From NCBI RefSeq assembly GCF_009914755.1, contig NC_060936.1: DNA of 64,000 bases, one strand, 5' to 3'. Numbering within the stretch: position 1 is the stretch's first letter; every line of letters starts with the position of its first letter. Position numbers and translations under genes: made by a program. Below, in pieces: positions 15,119-31,515 of this stretch. The notes under the pieces are model-generated. The model was not told the origin of the DNA. It ran no database searches and was given only the letters and a program-made list of their open reading frames with translations. The stretch is from the human T2T-CHM13v2.0 reference genome, Homo sapiens.

Positions 15119-15768
15119 TTGAAAATATTTTTATATTTTATATAATTACTTTAGCAACGTGATGTTGGTTTGATGTTAGTAGACACTATTGATGGATTTC
15201 CTTTTCAGCCTATAGAAATTCAGCTGAGCTGTTTCTGTGGTATAATTAATATTTCATATGTTTATTGAGACCCTGGATAGATACCATAAGAGCAGCTTGA
15301 ACATGTTTGCTACTTTCCAAATTATCAATGAGTTTTGTTTCCAAAATACCTATGCAAAGATTGCAGTACTTTTAAGTTAGAATCATATAGTTTTAGGATC
15401 ATCTAATAGCCTTTCCCTACCATTCACACACACGAACATGCACACACATATTCTTCTACAGATGGGGAAACAGAGGTGCAAAGAAGCCAGGTAGGTTGAA
15501 GTCAGCAGTGAATCCAGAACTGTGATTGTGTCTCCAGGGCCGTGCTGCGGTGGTCGTGCTGTTTGTGGAATCCTGAACATAAAGACTCTTGTAGAAATGT
15601 GCGCCCAATTGATTTGCAGCCCATGTCTCACATCTCGTGAGCTTGAAAATACAGCTTGAGGTGATGTGCAGGGGTGCTGCTGCTGGTTTTATATTGTGAG
15701 AATTGTCTTCATTGCCCTCATCCCCTGTTGTTGCACAGAAATGTTGGGAAACAATGTAGGCATGATAA

Positions 15769-15988
<220 letters not shown>

Positions 15989-16229
15989 AAGAATCTGCTT
16001 TCTTTGGTAAAATGCTTAGCAAGTGATTGCCAAAATGTATTTTAAATTCTTTTTTTTTTTAAAGTCATAGTTAGAATTCAAACAGAGCAAAAATGTATAT
16101 AAAATGACAAAGAAAAAGTATGCAAAAAGAAGTCGAGGTATTCCTCCCTGTCCCACTTCCAGGCCCTCTCGCATTTTACTCGTGGGGGGTCCTGCTCTGT
16201 ATACTTCTCTGCACCTTTTTTTTTTTTTT

Positions 16230-18330
<2,101 letters not shown>

Positions 18331-20150
18331 CTTGTGTTTCCCTGCTCCCCTCTCATGCTGAGCTTGTTTCATTGGTCTGATTCGGGTTGTTACTGTTTCT
18401 GTGATAAACAACAACTTCTATTCTTTCCCCAGACGTCAGGTGGCGTTACCTTTGGTCCCCCTTCAGTTTAACAGATCGACACTATGATATTTACACTAAC
18501 ATTTTCGTGAATAGCTACTTTTGGGCAAAGACAGATTCAAATAAACCCACATTTTTATATTGCTTCTTTCCAGGAGCAGCTAACTGGCACTTCTGAGGCA
18601 GAAACATGACAAAAAAAGGAATTTTACCTTGTGGGTTCTGCTGTCTAAAATTTGTGACACGGAAAAGAAGAATAAGACAATAAAATGAGTTAATGAACTT
18701 CAGTTCTCTGGTTGTGCCAAAGTGAGGCTCTGTAGCCATTGAAACGCCCTTGCTGGTCTACACGCACATTCTCGGTGGAGGGAATCGTATCCAGAGGGGG
18801 AGATGGAACCTGCTTTGGGGAAAGGGAGTCATCCCTGCATCCCTTTTAGCCTCTTTGCTCCGTAGGAACACTGTACATGCACCTGGGGTGTTGAGATTTG
18901 GCAAGGTGATCCACAGTTGTGATTTTTTGAATTCCAACCCTCTGGCCTCATATTTCTTCTGCCTTGTTTCCGATTGTCAGCACTGGCCATCCTCCAGTTT
19001 GATTTTACCACTAATTGTGTTGCACGTTACCATACCGAAATGAATCAAATCAAAATGCTTTTCCTGGAGCATTAGATAAAGCAGGCGAAGGTTCTGAGTA
19101 ATGAGCAGATGCTGCTAATGCAGGGACGGCGGAGACCTTGCCAGGACTCCATCTGCTCCGTGCTTGCCTGCCTTTGGCCTCGTGCCACAGCATTAGGGAA
19201 TGGCAGTGTGCTTCGAAACCCGCTCCCTGGTCACCGAGTTTGTCTTGAAATCTCGCTCTTTGGTGAGAAATGAGATTACACACTTCTTAGGTGCAAAGAA
19301 GTTTTTATTTGTCCCCCTCAGTAGAGAGAGGAGAGACGCGATCTGGTGCATATTAGCATGAGGAAGCCTGGACGGGACAGCCAGCAGTCCTCTTTATACG
19401 GTGCCATCAAGCACGGCAAAGTGGCTTATCCACCTCCGCAACACTCCCAGTGCAACTGTCTGAACACACACATGCTCCATTGTCCGGGACTGTGGCTGCC
19501 CTGGGCGGAGGTGACTATGATTTCTCATTTACTGACGTATCAACAATGGACGGGGGTGGGTCTCTCCAAGCTGCTTTTTAGCGGTGAACAGTAGGACCAT
19601 GTTTTAGTTAGACGGCTGTAGAGACTAGGTACTTCTAAAGTTTTACTTAAGATTTTGTTTTTAGTAAAAAATAGTTCTTCAGTTGTTTTGCTTATATCTT
19701 TTGTTTGTATGCTGATGATGACATTTGGATGTGATGACATGGCCTTTGAATGCAGTAAACAACTACCCCCCTGCCCCCAACATTGAAGTTTTAGAAGTGA
19801 TTCTTAACATGTTAAAGCATTGCTTGCGAGAAGGCTAAGGCAATTGATGGATTGTGGAGAAGTTGATTTTTTTCAAGGCCTTTGTTTTCCAGTCAGTCTT
19901 GTCCTAAAAGTTTCAATCATCAGTTCTTGCCTGGTACCTTTGCCTACTCACCCTTAGGTCCAGGAATCTAGTCTTCATATTCAGACACTTTGCAAACAAA
20001 ACAGAATGAGACAACTTTCTAACAGAAACCAAAAAAACACACCAGGTATAGTCCTTGTAAAAGATAGGGTATGTTCATAAATGTAAACTTTTTTTTTTAA
20101 CACTAGGAGTGCTCACATTTTAAACATTCAGAAGGGAATTAAAACATCTA

Positions 20151-20427
20151 GGCTGGGTGTGGTGGCTCAGGCTTGTAATGCCAGTGCTGTGGGAGGATCT
20201 CTTGAGCCCAGGAGTTGAGACCAGCCTGGGCAACATAGTGAGCCTCCGTCTCTACAAAAAATGAACTAGCTGGGCATGGTGGGGTGCACCTGTGGTCCCA
20301 GCTACTTGGCGGGCTGAGGTGGGAGGATCACTTGAGCCCTGGAAGTTGCTGCAGTGAGCTGTGCGTGATTGCTCTGCTGCACTTCTGCCTGGGCAACAGA
20401 GCAAGACCCAGTCAAAAAAAAAAAAAA
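20151..20427 (+). mobile_element. AluJ
   Basis: Diverged Alu with J-type ggatcacttgagccc. Confidence 0.9.
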
Positions 20428-23400
20428 GGCAGAATTCTGAACTGAGGGGGTTTTGGTGTTTAAGAAATCCTTTTTAGGGCGTTGAACTTTAAGTTGACCT
20501 CCACCTGGCATATCTAGGATGTTAGAGATTGTTTCACAGACAGGCCACAGAGACTGTATTAGGGGCTGGAGGAAGTTGTTGAATACAAACGCTCTTTAAA
20601 AGTTTTTTCTATTCCTCAGTGACAGGAGCTTGAAATGATACATGCTCTGGGTAGAATCTGTGTTATATCTGAATAATGGGGCAGTGGGCCTCACATGAGA
20701 GTCTACAGATTGGATTTTGGGTGAGAGCTGTGAGATCTGTAGGAATTTTTTTAAATCTGTGCTTTTGTTTTTATGGTAATCTTAAAAAAAATAAAACTAG
20801 ATCTTTTGACCCCATTACTCAACTGTGCTGTGGGATCTCGGTACCAGAATTTACACTTTGTGTTTGAGGCTGTTGGTACCAAGTGACCACCTGCATGCCC
20901 GTATTGACCTTGTCATGAATTGTTTTTCACACCAAGTGGCGTCCACAGTGAATTTTTAGGAATCTACAAGCCCTCAAAGTTAAGAAACACTGGAAAGGCA
21001 CCATAGTATGCTAGTAGGCACAGACTAATGGATGACCAGTTTCTGGGATAACTATGCATTTTTGAAGTTACTAGTGAAAGTAAATTGAAATATTTTTTCT
21101 CCTGTAGAAAAATGTGGCACATTAAATTTACACTATAAGATTTAGTGTTACTCTTTTGGTTTCTTGGAGGTGGTTTTACTGAAAACTGATTTTTAATAAT
21201 AGACATTAAGATGCATAAATTCACAGTAGCTGTTCTATTTTATTACAGTTGAGTTACAAACTGAAAGAAGCAATAGTAGCACAAGGTAGCTTTGGGGAGA
21301 TAGTTTAGACTGGAGAAATAAATTGCCCAAGTTCTTAAGTGTACCTAATGACAACTGAGCATGAATTTATTTGCTTTCTCAAGGAAGATAAATCGAATTT
21401 TAAGTGAGATAATTTAATTTCCCTTTCACTATGTGCAGTTTTGGTTGTAGCGTTTATTTCATTCTGAACCCTAGGGCTTGATCAAACTAGAAGTAAGTAT
21501 ATTTGTGGAATGAATATATTTTTGTTTGAAAAGCAAAATGCATCTGCTTGCCTGCCTTTTCATTCAAAAGGCCATTAAACGGGCCCAAGTGGAGTAGAAA
21601 GGTGGTCTGGGGGCCAGGGACAGTGTGAGAGGGAAGCTGAGCGAGGCAGTGGCCTGGGAGCTTGGCGGCATACAGGGAGACTGAGCAGGTAAGTATGTTG
21701 AGGCTCATGGGAGCCAGTTCTCTCATGCTTGGAGAAGGAAGGCTCAAGTACGGAAAGGGGATGGCCAGAATGAACCCTGTGGGGCTGGATTGGAATAGGA
21801 GGCATCGGTGTGGAATTTATGGTGTTAAATATAGATAGAGAAGTAAACAGAGATGTACATGTATGTCGTATGTATATATGTTTATGTGTGTCCTGGCTTT
21901 GTTTGCTGAGAAGGTGTAAGAGCATCAACAGCCCAGCTGTTGAAAGTATCACTATCTACTAAAAGGAACCAGGGATGCTTGGAGAAATGGTGGACTCCAG
22001 GGATGGGGCAGTGAAACCACACAGTAAGCCTGGACCATCTGATTGCACTGAAGTGAAGAAGTGCTTGAAGAATGATGACAACATGTCACAAGGACACATA
22101 AGTGAGCTTGAAGATGTTCCCACTGGCCAAACCTGGGACAACTGGAGTATCAAAGTCAATATTGATAATAACAGGTTACAACCCATTGAATAAAATAGGA
22201 ATATATGAGTATATCATGATAAAAATAAACAGATCAATAAATAAAAAGGGAGGAGAGAAAAGTTTCCTTATAGTAGAATGTCAACTAATAAATGCAGAAA
22301 GCATGATGGGATTAGAAAATTACACATTGGTAACCATCACAGTAATAATTGATTCAGACAAAAAATCAATTGAGGCTAAAACCAGAGGATAAGAATGGGA
22401 TGAGGGATGGGGTCTTACATGGTCTCAAAAAATCTCCCCACTAAACACTTACTAATTAAAAGGCAGGAAAAGATAACTCTGCAGTCAGGAAATCTAACAG
22501 GAACCGTCTTAATAAAGTGATCACATTTAACATCATCAGTAATGGTAGAATTGATAACCTGTGCCATGTGACACGATGCAGTGAGAAAAAACACAGAATC
22601 ACTTCTTTGATATTATTCCAGCCAAAAGTGCACAGCCTGATCTAATCACGAGAAAATATCACACAAGCCCAAACTGAGGGACATTCCACAAAATGACTGG
22701 CCTGTCCTCTTCAGCACTGTCAAGGTCATGAAACTCAGGGAAGGTCTTAAGAACTATTCCAGGTGGAAAGAGAAGAGAGACCTGACAATGGAGTGCAGTG
22801 TGTCATCCTGGCTTGGGTTGTTTTTCTACAAAGAACATTACTGGGACAGTTGGCAATGGGATCTGAACAGTGAGTATATAGAAGTTCTTGCAGCTTTTCT
22901 GTAATTTTGAAAGTTTCAAAATAAAAAGATAAAAAATAACGTGTTTTTGAGAAAGATGAAGTAACAGGAACTGGATTTATCTTTCCACCTTAACTAGAAA
23001 ACCGGACAAAATATATTAAACCATGGTTTCTAGACATTGGAAAATAAGTAGCCCATGGCTGTGATCTCTTGGAGGAGAACAAACATGGTGAGGCCCACAG
23101 TTACACCAGCTCACCAGCTGGAAACTCCAAACAAGGAGGGGGACCTAAACAGAGTCTGGTGGCCTCCCTGACTTGAGGAGGCCCCAGTGAGGGCTCAGGG
23201 AAGCCAAGGTGGATAGAATTTGTGGGCCAGAGTATTGGGGAAGAGGGAGCTCCCAGAGGGAGAACCCCAGGGATTGGCTGAGGATTCCCTCGAGTCTTTG
23301 GCTGAGTCCTACTCTGCACATGTGTAAGAGGAAATACCTGGATCAGGGAAAGAACTACCTGAAAGGAGAAGGCACAACAATTCCTGGAGCTCACATGAGG

Positions 23401-23697
23401 CTAAGAATAGTTTGCACTTCCCCAAGAGTAAAAAGACCTCGTAATACATGGATTGTTGAGTGGAATCTTCAGAAGGGTACCATGTTTTAGTAATGGGGCT
23501 AATTCAGCCCTAGACTAAAAGCTGCTCGGGATCCCCTAAAAAAAGTTGGAAAGCAAGCCACAAAAGGATCCAGCCGATTCTGAGTGTCTTAATTTTGCAT
23601 CAGAATAAACTTCCATACTATTTTGTAGAATACAACAAAAGCTAGCAACCAGCAATGTAAAATTCACAATGTCTGTCATCCAATAAAAATGAAGCAT

Positions 23698-23808
23698 GGC
23701 TGAGGCAGGAGGATCACTTGAGCCTGGGAGGTCAAGGCTCCAGTGAGCCATGATCATGCCATTGCACTCCAGCCTGGGTGACAGAGTGACACCTGCCTCC
23801 AAAAAAAG
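23698..23808 (+). mobile_element. Alu right-arm fragment (AluJ/FRAM)
   Basis: ggctgaggcaggaggatcacttgagcctggg...ccaaaaaaag. Confidence 0.85.
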
Positions 23809-24287
23809 AATATATTGTGTACCCTGGTAACAGTAAGCACAGCTAGTGCCCAGATTTTGGTTTCTAAATGTTCTTCAATAAAAGGAACAAGGGCTAGGGC
23901 AGATAAATACAAGATGAATCTGGAACATTTTATGGGACCCAAAAGTAAGGATGTTTAAAATAAATAAAAAGATGAAGGTAGGGCATCTATAGGACAGTAG
24001 AACTAAATTGGAGCTCCTGAGGGCTAAAGGAAGGACAACTTGAGCAACAAAACATGATGATAGTGATGGACTATAACCTATGGATAATTAATTACCCATG
24101 AGTCCATATTGGTATCAATAAATACTTGAATAAATAAAGGAGAAGAGATAGCTCTTCCTTACAGTAGTAGTTGAATTGCTGTATGGGAAAGGATGATGAA
24201 AATAGAAAGCCACCATTTGGCAAGCACCGTAATCATAATTGTCGTAGGCAAGAATCACCAGCGGATGTTAAAATCAATGTGATGAAT

Positions 24288-24600
24288 GTCTCTGTCCGTT
24301 TGGGCTGTTATAACAAAACAGTATAAACTGGGTGACTTATAAACAACAGAAGTATATTTCTGACATTTCTGGAGGCTGGAAAGTCCAAGATCAGGGCACT
24401 GGCAGATTCTATGTCTGGCGAGAGCCCTTCCTTCCAGGCAGTGCCTTCTCTCACATGGTGGAAAGGGCAAAGGAGCTCTCAGGCACTGTCGTCATGACCT
24501 GATCACATCCCAAAGGTCTCATTTCCTGGTACCATCACTTAGGGGGTTAGGATTTTAACACTGAAATGGTGGTAGGGGGGACACAACATTCAGATGAGCA
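24288..24600 (-). mobile_element. MLT1A-like MaLR solo LTR
   Basis: gggctgttataacaaaac...ttataaacaacagaag...ctggaggctggaaagtccaagatcaggg...gggggacacaacattcag. Confidence 0.8.
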
Positions 24601-25444
24601 GTGAGTAACAGGACATTTGCATGGTGTGAAATTATCACTCCGTAAGAGAAAAACAGTAACTTTACAGTAGAGAAAACTGGCAGATACCACCTTAACCAAG
24701 TGATGATAGTTAACATGGCCAGTAATGAAACTTTGATATTATGTACCTCCTGATACATAATGCACTGGGAAGGCACAACACCTTCTGATTTTAAATATGA
24801 GGAAACAGCAGACAATTGAGAGGCCTACACAATAAATGAGCAGTACTTTTCAAAAGTGTCAGGGTCATGAAGGACAAGGAATGACTGAGTAATTGCCCCA
24901 GATTGGAGTCGATGAAGGAGACATGGCAGCTAGATGCTATGTGGAATTCTGGATTGGATCCTGGACCAGAAAAAATATGCTGGTAAGAGGACAGGTTAAA
25001 TGCAAATAAAATCTGTAGATTAAATATGTTGCATCAGCGTTAATTTCCTGGCTTCCATCATTCTGCTATGGTTATGTAATAGGTTAACATTTGGGAAAGC
25101 TGGATGAAGCTATAACTGGAACTCTTTGCATAATTTTTATAACATTTTTGTAAGTCTGAAATTATTTCAAAATCAAAAAAGACTATCAAATTACAGGATT
25201 AAATAAGATTGGATTTTTCCCATAGCAATTTAATGCCATTTAAAAACAATGTTACATGATTACTTAGAAAAGAATGTGCTTGCCGCTTTTCTGCTGTCTG
25301 GCTGACTTGGAGGCCTGAGATTAGATGGTACCCTTGTGTTCTTTTGGTGGTGGTTATAATCAGGGATCCTCAGCATTTCTCTTTTTTGTATCTTGCTATT
25401 TGTCTTCAAGCTATTCCCCACCTGCACCCTCCCCTTTTCTTTAA

Positions 25445-25782
<338 letters not shown>

Positions 25783-28700
25783 GAGAATACTTTTTAAAGA
25801 ATAGTGTAGCCATTTTATTTTAAAATGTCAACATTTACAAACATGCCAGATGTTACGTTTTTGCCACTACTTACAACTTAGGACAAAAAAAATTTATCGG
25901 TTTCATATATAAAACGGGAAAGGCAGGCCTTGTTTTTCAAAATCATTTCAGGGGGTAATCAAAAAAGTCTGAAGAGCACTGGTCTGGAAGGCAGGTGGCC
26001 ATGTGAGTCTCCGTCTCTATTGGGCTCTTGTGATCCACTCTGGGCACAGGGGAGGGAGACCCGAGAGCCCCACCCCAGACATCGGGGCCTTGTGGCAAAA
26101 CCATCTATTTGTTGGGGGGATTTGCATTGGTATCTGAATGCCCAAGTGAGATGTTAGGCTGTCTGTGGTTTCTGTCTTCTCATTCTTATTTGGTGTTAGG
26201 TAACTCAGAACCGACTGCAGTTTCGCCATCATTTAAATCTTTATGTAGACTTTTCCCCCTGCTTTTTATTTGAGCCATTTATTACTTTCCTTGAAAGGGA
26301 ATTAATTGATAGTATAATTTTAAGATTTTTTTTTCAGGATTTGGAATGGGATTTCTAAAGGCTGCAAAATGTCATCACTAGAATTTTCACCGTAGATCTG
26401 AGAAGACACTTAGTCTGCAGTGTGGCTGTTGAAAACGTTTGTAAAACACAAATTAACGTATTTTTACTTTTGTTAGTGATAGCCTTTCAAATGGTTATTC
26501 TTAAAAATCTTTTATTGTGAAAAATTCAAAATACACAAAAATGGAACGAATAGCATGATGCACCCCCGTGTACCCATCACTCAGCTTCAGTAGTGATCTT
26601 TTTTTTTTAATCTACTACCACCCAGTCCACTGATTCCCCACTCCCCTCCTTAGAGGCATCTGCTACTACCAGTGTCTGCTGATCTCTTCGGGATAGAGTC
26701 TATATCATGTGTATATCGGTTATAGAGAACACTGGCCTCAGTCTGAGGCTGCATGCACAGTGATGTCTCTTTCACGTTACCTGCCCTCTGGAACTTTCCC
26801 TTGTAGAAGCTGGTCCAAATTCTTTGCCTTCTCCATCAATCTGTTTTTCCTAAGATGTTAACTGGAAATTCTTCTATCTAGTCACATTGCCATAGTCTTA
26901 ACAATATACTATTTGCCTCCTTTTCAGTCTGCTGTCTCGTCATTTTTCATTCTTCTTTTTCAGGTGTTCTTTCTGCTTTGAATTTGAGAGCTACTAAATA
27001 TATTCAATCTTACTTCCTCTTCTCTTGACTCAGTTTCTATTTTGGTGATCTCGCTGCTTTGTTTATGCCCTAACCAGTCGCCTCCTCCATAAGCCTATTC
27101 AGATTCTTTTACTTGTCAATCTAAAATGCAGATTCCAGAATGTTTTCTGTTTATTTTCTGCCTTAGGCAACAGAGCTGTAGCGCTGTGGTCAGCGGGAAA
27201 GCAGGATGGCATGCCACAGTAGCTGCAGTAACAAGAAACTTCAGCCTTTTTCCTTTTTCGTGACCCTCCGTGGTTTAGCTGTTCTTTATGACCCTTGTCT
27301 ACACTGATACTAATCTCCCACCGGCACCTCTTCCATGAAGAGCAAAAACTTTTGTCCTGTCCAACTTTATGCTAGTTTTATGTCTCTGGCCTGCATTTCA
27401 GAGTGGTGATGTGTGGACTTAATGAACAAAGAGGTACGTGTTAAGTCAGTGCTATGGGTATATTTAAAATTTTTGTCAAAATGCCTTTTCCTTTGTTGCA
27501 GAATTTCTTTTGACTCCTGATTAATTTCTGATAGGCAAGTGTTTATTTACATGGTAGAAATTGAGATTGCCAGCTGTCTTTATTATAAATAGTCAACTTC
27601 ATTCAGTATCTCTGAACGCAGTTAATTGATCCTGTCTATTTAACGATCATGAAGTTGACACCAAGCTTCAGGTGTTTATTGTGGAAGCTCAAGAGGATGG
27701 GAGCTCGCGGCTGAAATAATTTCTAATCAAGAAACCACTAAAGACCACAAGACCAGCTCTGTAGTTGAAGAAGGGACTAGTCTATGACCTTTCGAAACTG
27801 TTAACCTGTTTTAAATTTTGTGGTGCATGGAAAAGATCAAAGGGGAGGGAAGAGTATACCAATTGTGTTTTTTTTCCAAAACCAGTTCAGCAGTTATTTA
27901 CCTTTCAGGCAATTAACATAATTACCATTATGCTAAAAAGTAATTTTGGAAAGTTCTGCCCTGAGCTCTTATGACTCCACCGGGACAGTTTTAGTTGGGA
28001 CTTATCTTTTTGATGGAAGCTTAATTGCAATTTTGGCTTTGTGCACACAAACAGAAGCAGCTAATTGTTTAGGCAAATAGCAGATTAATTTAAATATGCA
28101 TCCCTAATAAAACAAAAATGGTATCCATTATGGTCCTTGTTCCCATGACGAAGAATATAAATATTCTGTGCAAGTACCATTAGACAGAGGTCTTAAGGAT
28201 TGTCGACATTATTTCACAGTGGTAGCACTTTCCAGATATCGAGTAATCTTTACAAAAGCTAACATAAATCAGTTTAAACTCATTTAGATCCCATTTCCAC
28301 TATGTGCAGTTTCATTACCACACTCTGGCTGGCCTCCTTAGGGAGGTGGGAGGGGCCTGCTGCAAACTGGCATGGGTGCCCATCCACAGCTGCTGAGCAG
28401 GCTTTATGTCTCCTCGAAAGACTGGCCATCGTTACTCATGTCATCGTTAATGGCTGTTACTGGTCTAGGCTGAGCTCAGAGTTCCTTCAGCCTGGCTGCT
28501 GCTTGTCAAGGTGGAGGGTCCTGAGCCCAGGGAGCAGGTGGGAGTGCCAGGCCCTGCCCCTTCTCCTTTATTGGGCCAGTGGTCCTCACTTGTCTTCTGG
28601 ATGTTTCAAGAGACCCAGTTTCTTCTTTTGTCTGCATCCTTTTCCTGTTTGTTATGAGTGAAACAGTATTGTTGCAATCCCAGCACTACTCAGAATTAAT

Positions 28701-29059
28701 CATCTTTTATCCAGCTATTGAGGTTTGGTCAGGAAGGAAGAAAAACACCTGCTCTTTCTGTTTCTCTAGTGTGGGGCAAAATGGGGGCTATAAACTCTGG
28801 CCTTCAGGATGATGCCTGGTGCAGGGAATGGCAAAAAAAAAAAAAAAAAAAACACTTGCTTCTTATGCCACTGCCAAGAAACCAAGTAGAACCTCCCTTT
28901 GTGTTTGCTGAGACTTTTTCTCTTGTTTTACCTTGGCCTACTGTGCAGGAGAGAAGTCGTAGAGATCTTTGGGCAGGGGGTTGTCTCCTTGCCCTGAGGT
29001 CCCTCCCCAGGCCCTCTCCAGGTGGGCATGTTCATAGTATTTGAGTTAGTCTTTTGGCC

Positions 29060-29475
29060 TCAGCTAATTGGATGAGGGATGGGGCCCCAGTTCTTGGGGG
29101 AAGCTGATTCATGGACTGGGATGGGCTGGTTGGGACTCAAACTTTGTTGCATTCTTGGAGTAGAAGACCTCCTGGAATGGGGACAGCCACCTTTCTCCAT
29201 GTACCCAGGGATGAGAGAAAGCTGGTTTCCGAAAAGAAGAATGAAATAGAATTGCAGAGAGAAGCAGAGATAAGATCTGTGGTGCACACAAGTTACATAC
29301 ACTACCTTGGTTCTGCATGTCTTCCTGGTTCCTGGTTCTGATCCCTTATCACCTCCAGCTGTACTTCCTGCCCTTGGGCTCCATGAAGTAGCCTCATTCC
29401 TTTCCAGTCAGTTTCCTTTTTATGTTTAAGCCAGTTTCAGTGGGTGTCTGTTTCTTACAACCAAATGTTCCATTG
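29060..29475 (+). mobile_element. Old MLT1 LTR (MLT1I/J/K-like)
   Basis: 3' end tttaagccagtttcagtgggtgtctgtttcttacaacc is typical of old MLT1. Confidence 0.6.
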
Positions 29476-30439
29476 CTGAAACATATGACAAGCATTAAGC
29501 AAACCTTTATTGATGTACAGCCACATCCAGCACTGTGAATTCCTTACCATAGGGCATAGAGAGGGAAAAGGACACAGTCTTGCCATTTCACAAGTTCACA
29601 GTGTCAGGAGCCAAATCCATTTCATTGCTAGGTCCGCAGTATGATAACACTTGACCTTTCAAATGAATTTATATCAGATTTAAAAAAAAATACCTATTTG
29701 AGAAGTGAATTTCCTTGACCCTGACAGGCATTAACTACTTCTTCCTTAGTAGTTATGCAATAAATGCAGACTTGGTTCAAGTTAAAACATCTAGAAAAGT
29801 TTGCTGCTCCTTTTCTGGGGTCTTAAAATAGTGTGACAGCATGACCAAAAGTTAAGCTTATTCATTGTTCCATTGTGCTTTGTGTATATCTCTCTGTGAT
29901 CATTGTGTTTTATATTTTAGTTATTAAATATTTGTTTCTCTCCAGTGTGTGTTTTATGAAAACAGGTATCCTTTCAATTCTTATATGTCACTAAAATGTT
30001 GGCTCGATCAGTCAGGGACTTTTTTTGTTTTATTTTGTCTTATTCACTGTGATATCCCCAGTCCCTAGAATAGTGCCTTGGTACAAAACAGGGAGCTCTG
30101 TAACTACCTGTTGAATGTATTATTGCATTGATTCCTTTTTGGCTAAATGTAGCTGATGATAATCAGCCACACTATTATAGAGCATTCTTGTAATTCAGTT
30201 ATTCACTATTCAAGTCCTTGCAGTTTTGAGATTATAAAAGTAGCCATGATATAACTGTAGTAACTGATAAATTGACCATTTATAAAATTAGCTTTCACTC
30301 AAACACCCCTCCCTGTTAGCTTCTGTATCTATTCCTGCCCACTCTGCCCATATGCTTTTGGGGCAGATATCCAACAATACAGTTCAAAGGGAAATTGCAA
30401 ACCTTGCAGAAGCTGCAGGACTTTGTGATGTTGAAAGTG

Positions 30440-31515
<1,076 letters not shown>

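Larger units (their letters stand above)
21770..25180 (+). mobile_element. Cluster of old L1M (L1MC/MD-like) segments
   Basis: Two L1MC-like 3'UTR blocks (aaaaggaaccaggg, aagcccaaactgagggacattccacaaaatgactggcctg, tttttgtaagtctgaaattatttcaaaat) separated by L1M 5'-like sequence at about 22950-23690. Confidence 0.7.

Noticed and set aside
26940-26970. Pyrimidine tract plus cag|gt as a recursive splice site (also 57370-57395)
   Set aside because: Regenerated donors (gtgttc, gtgccg) are poor matches to the consensus.
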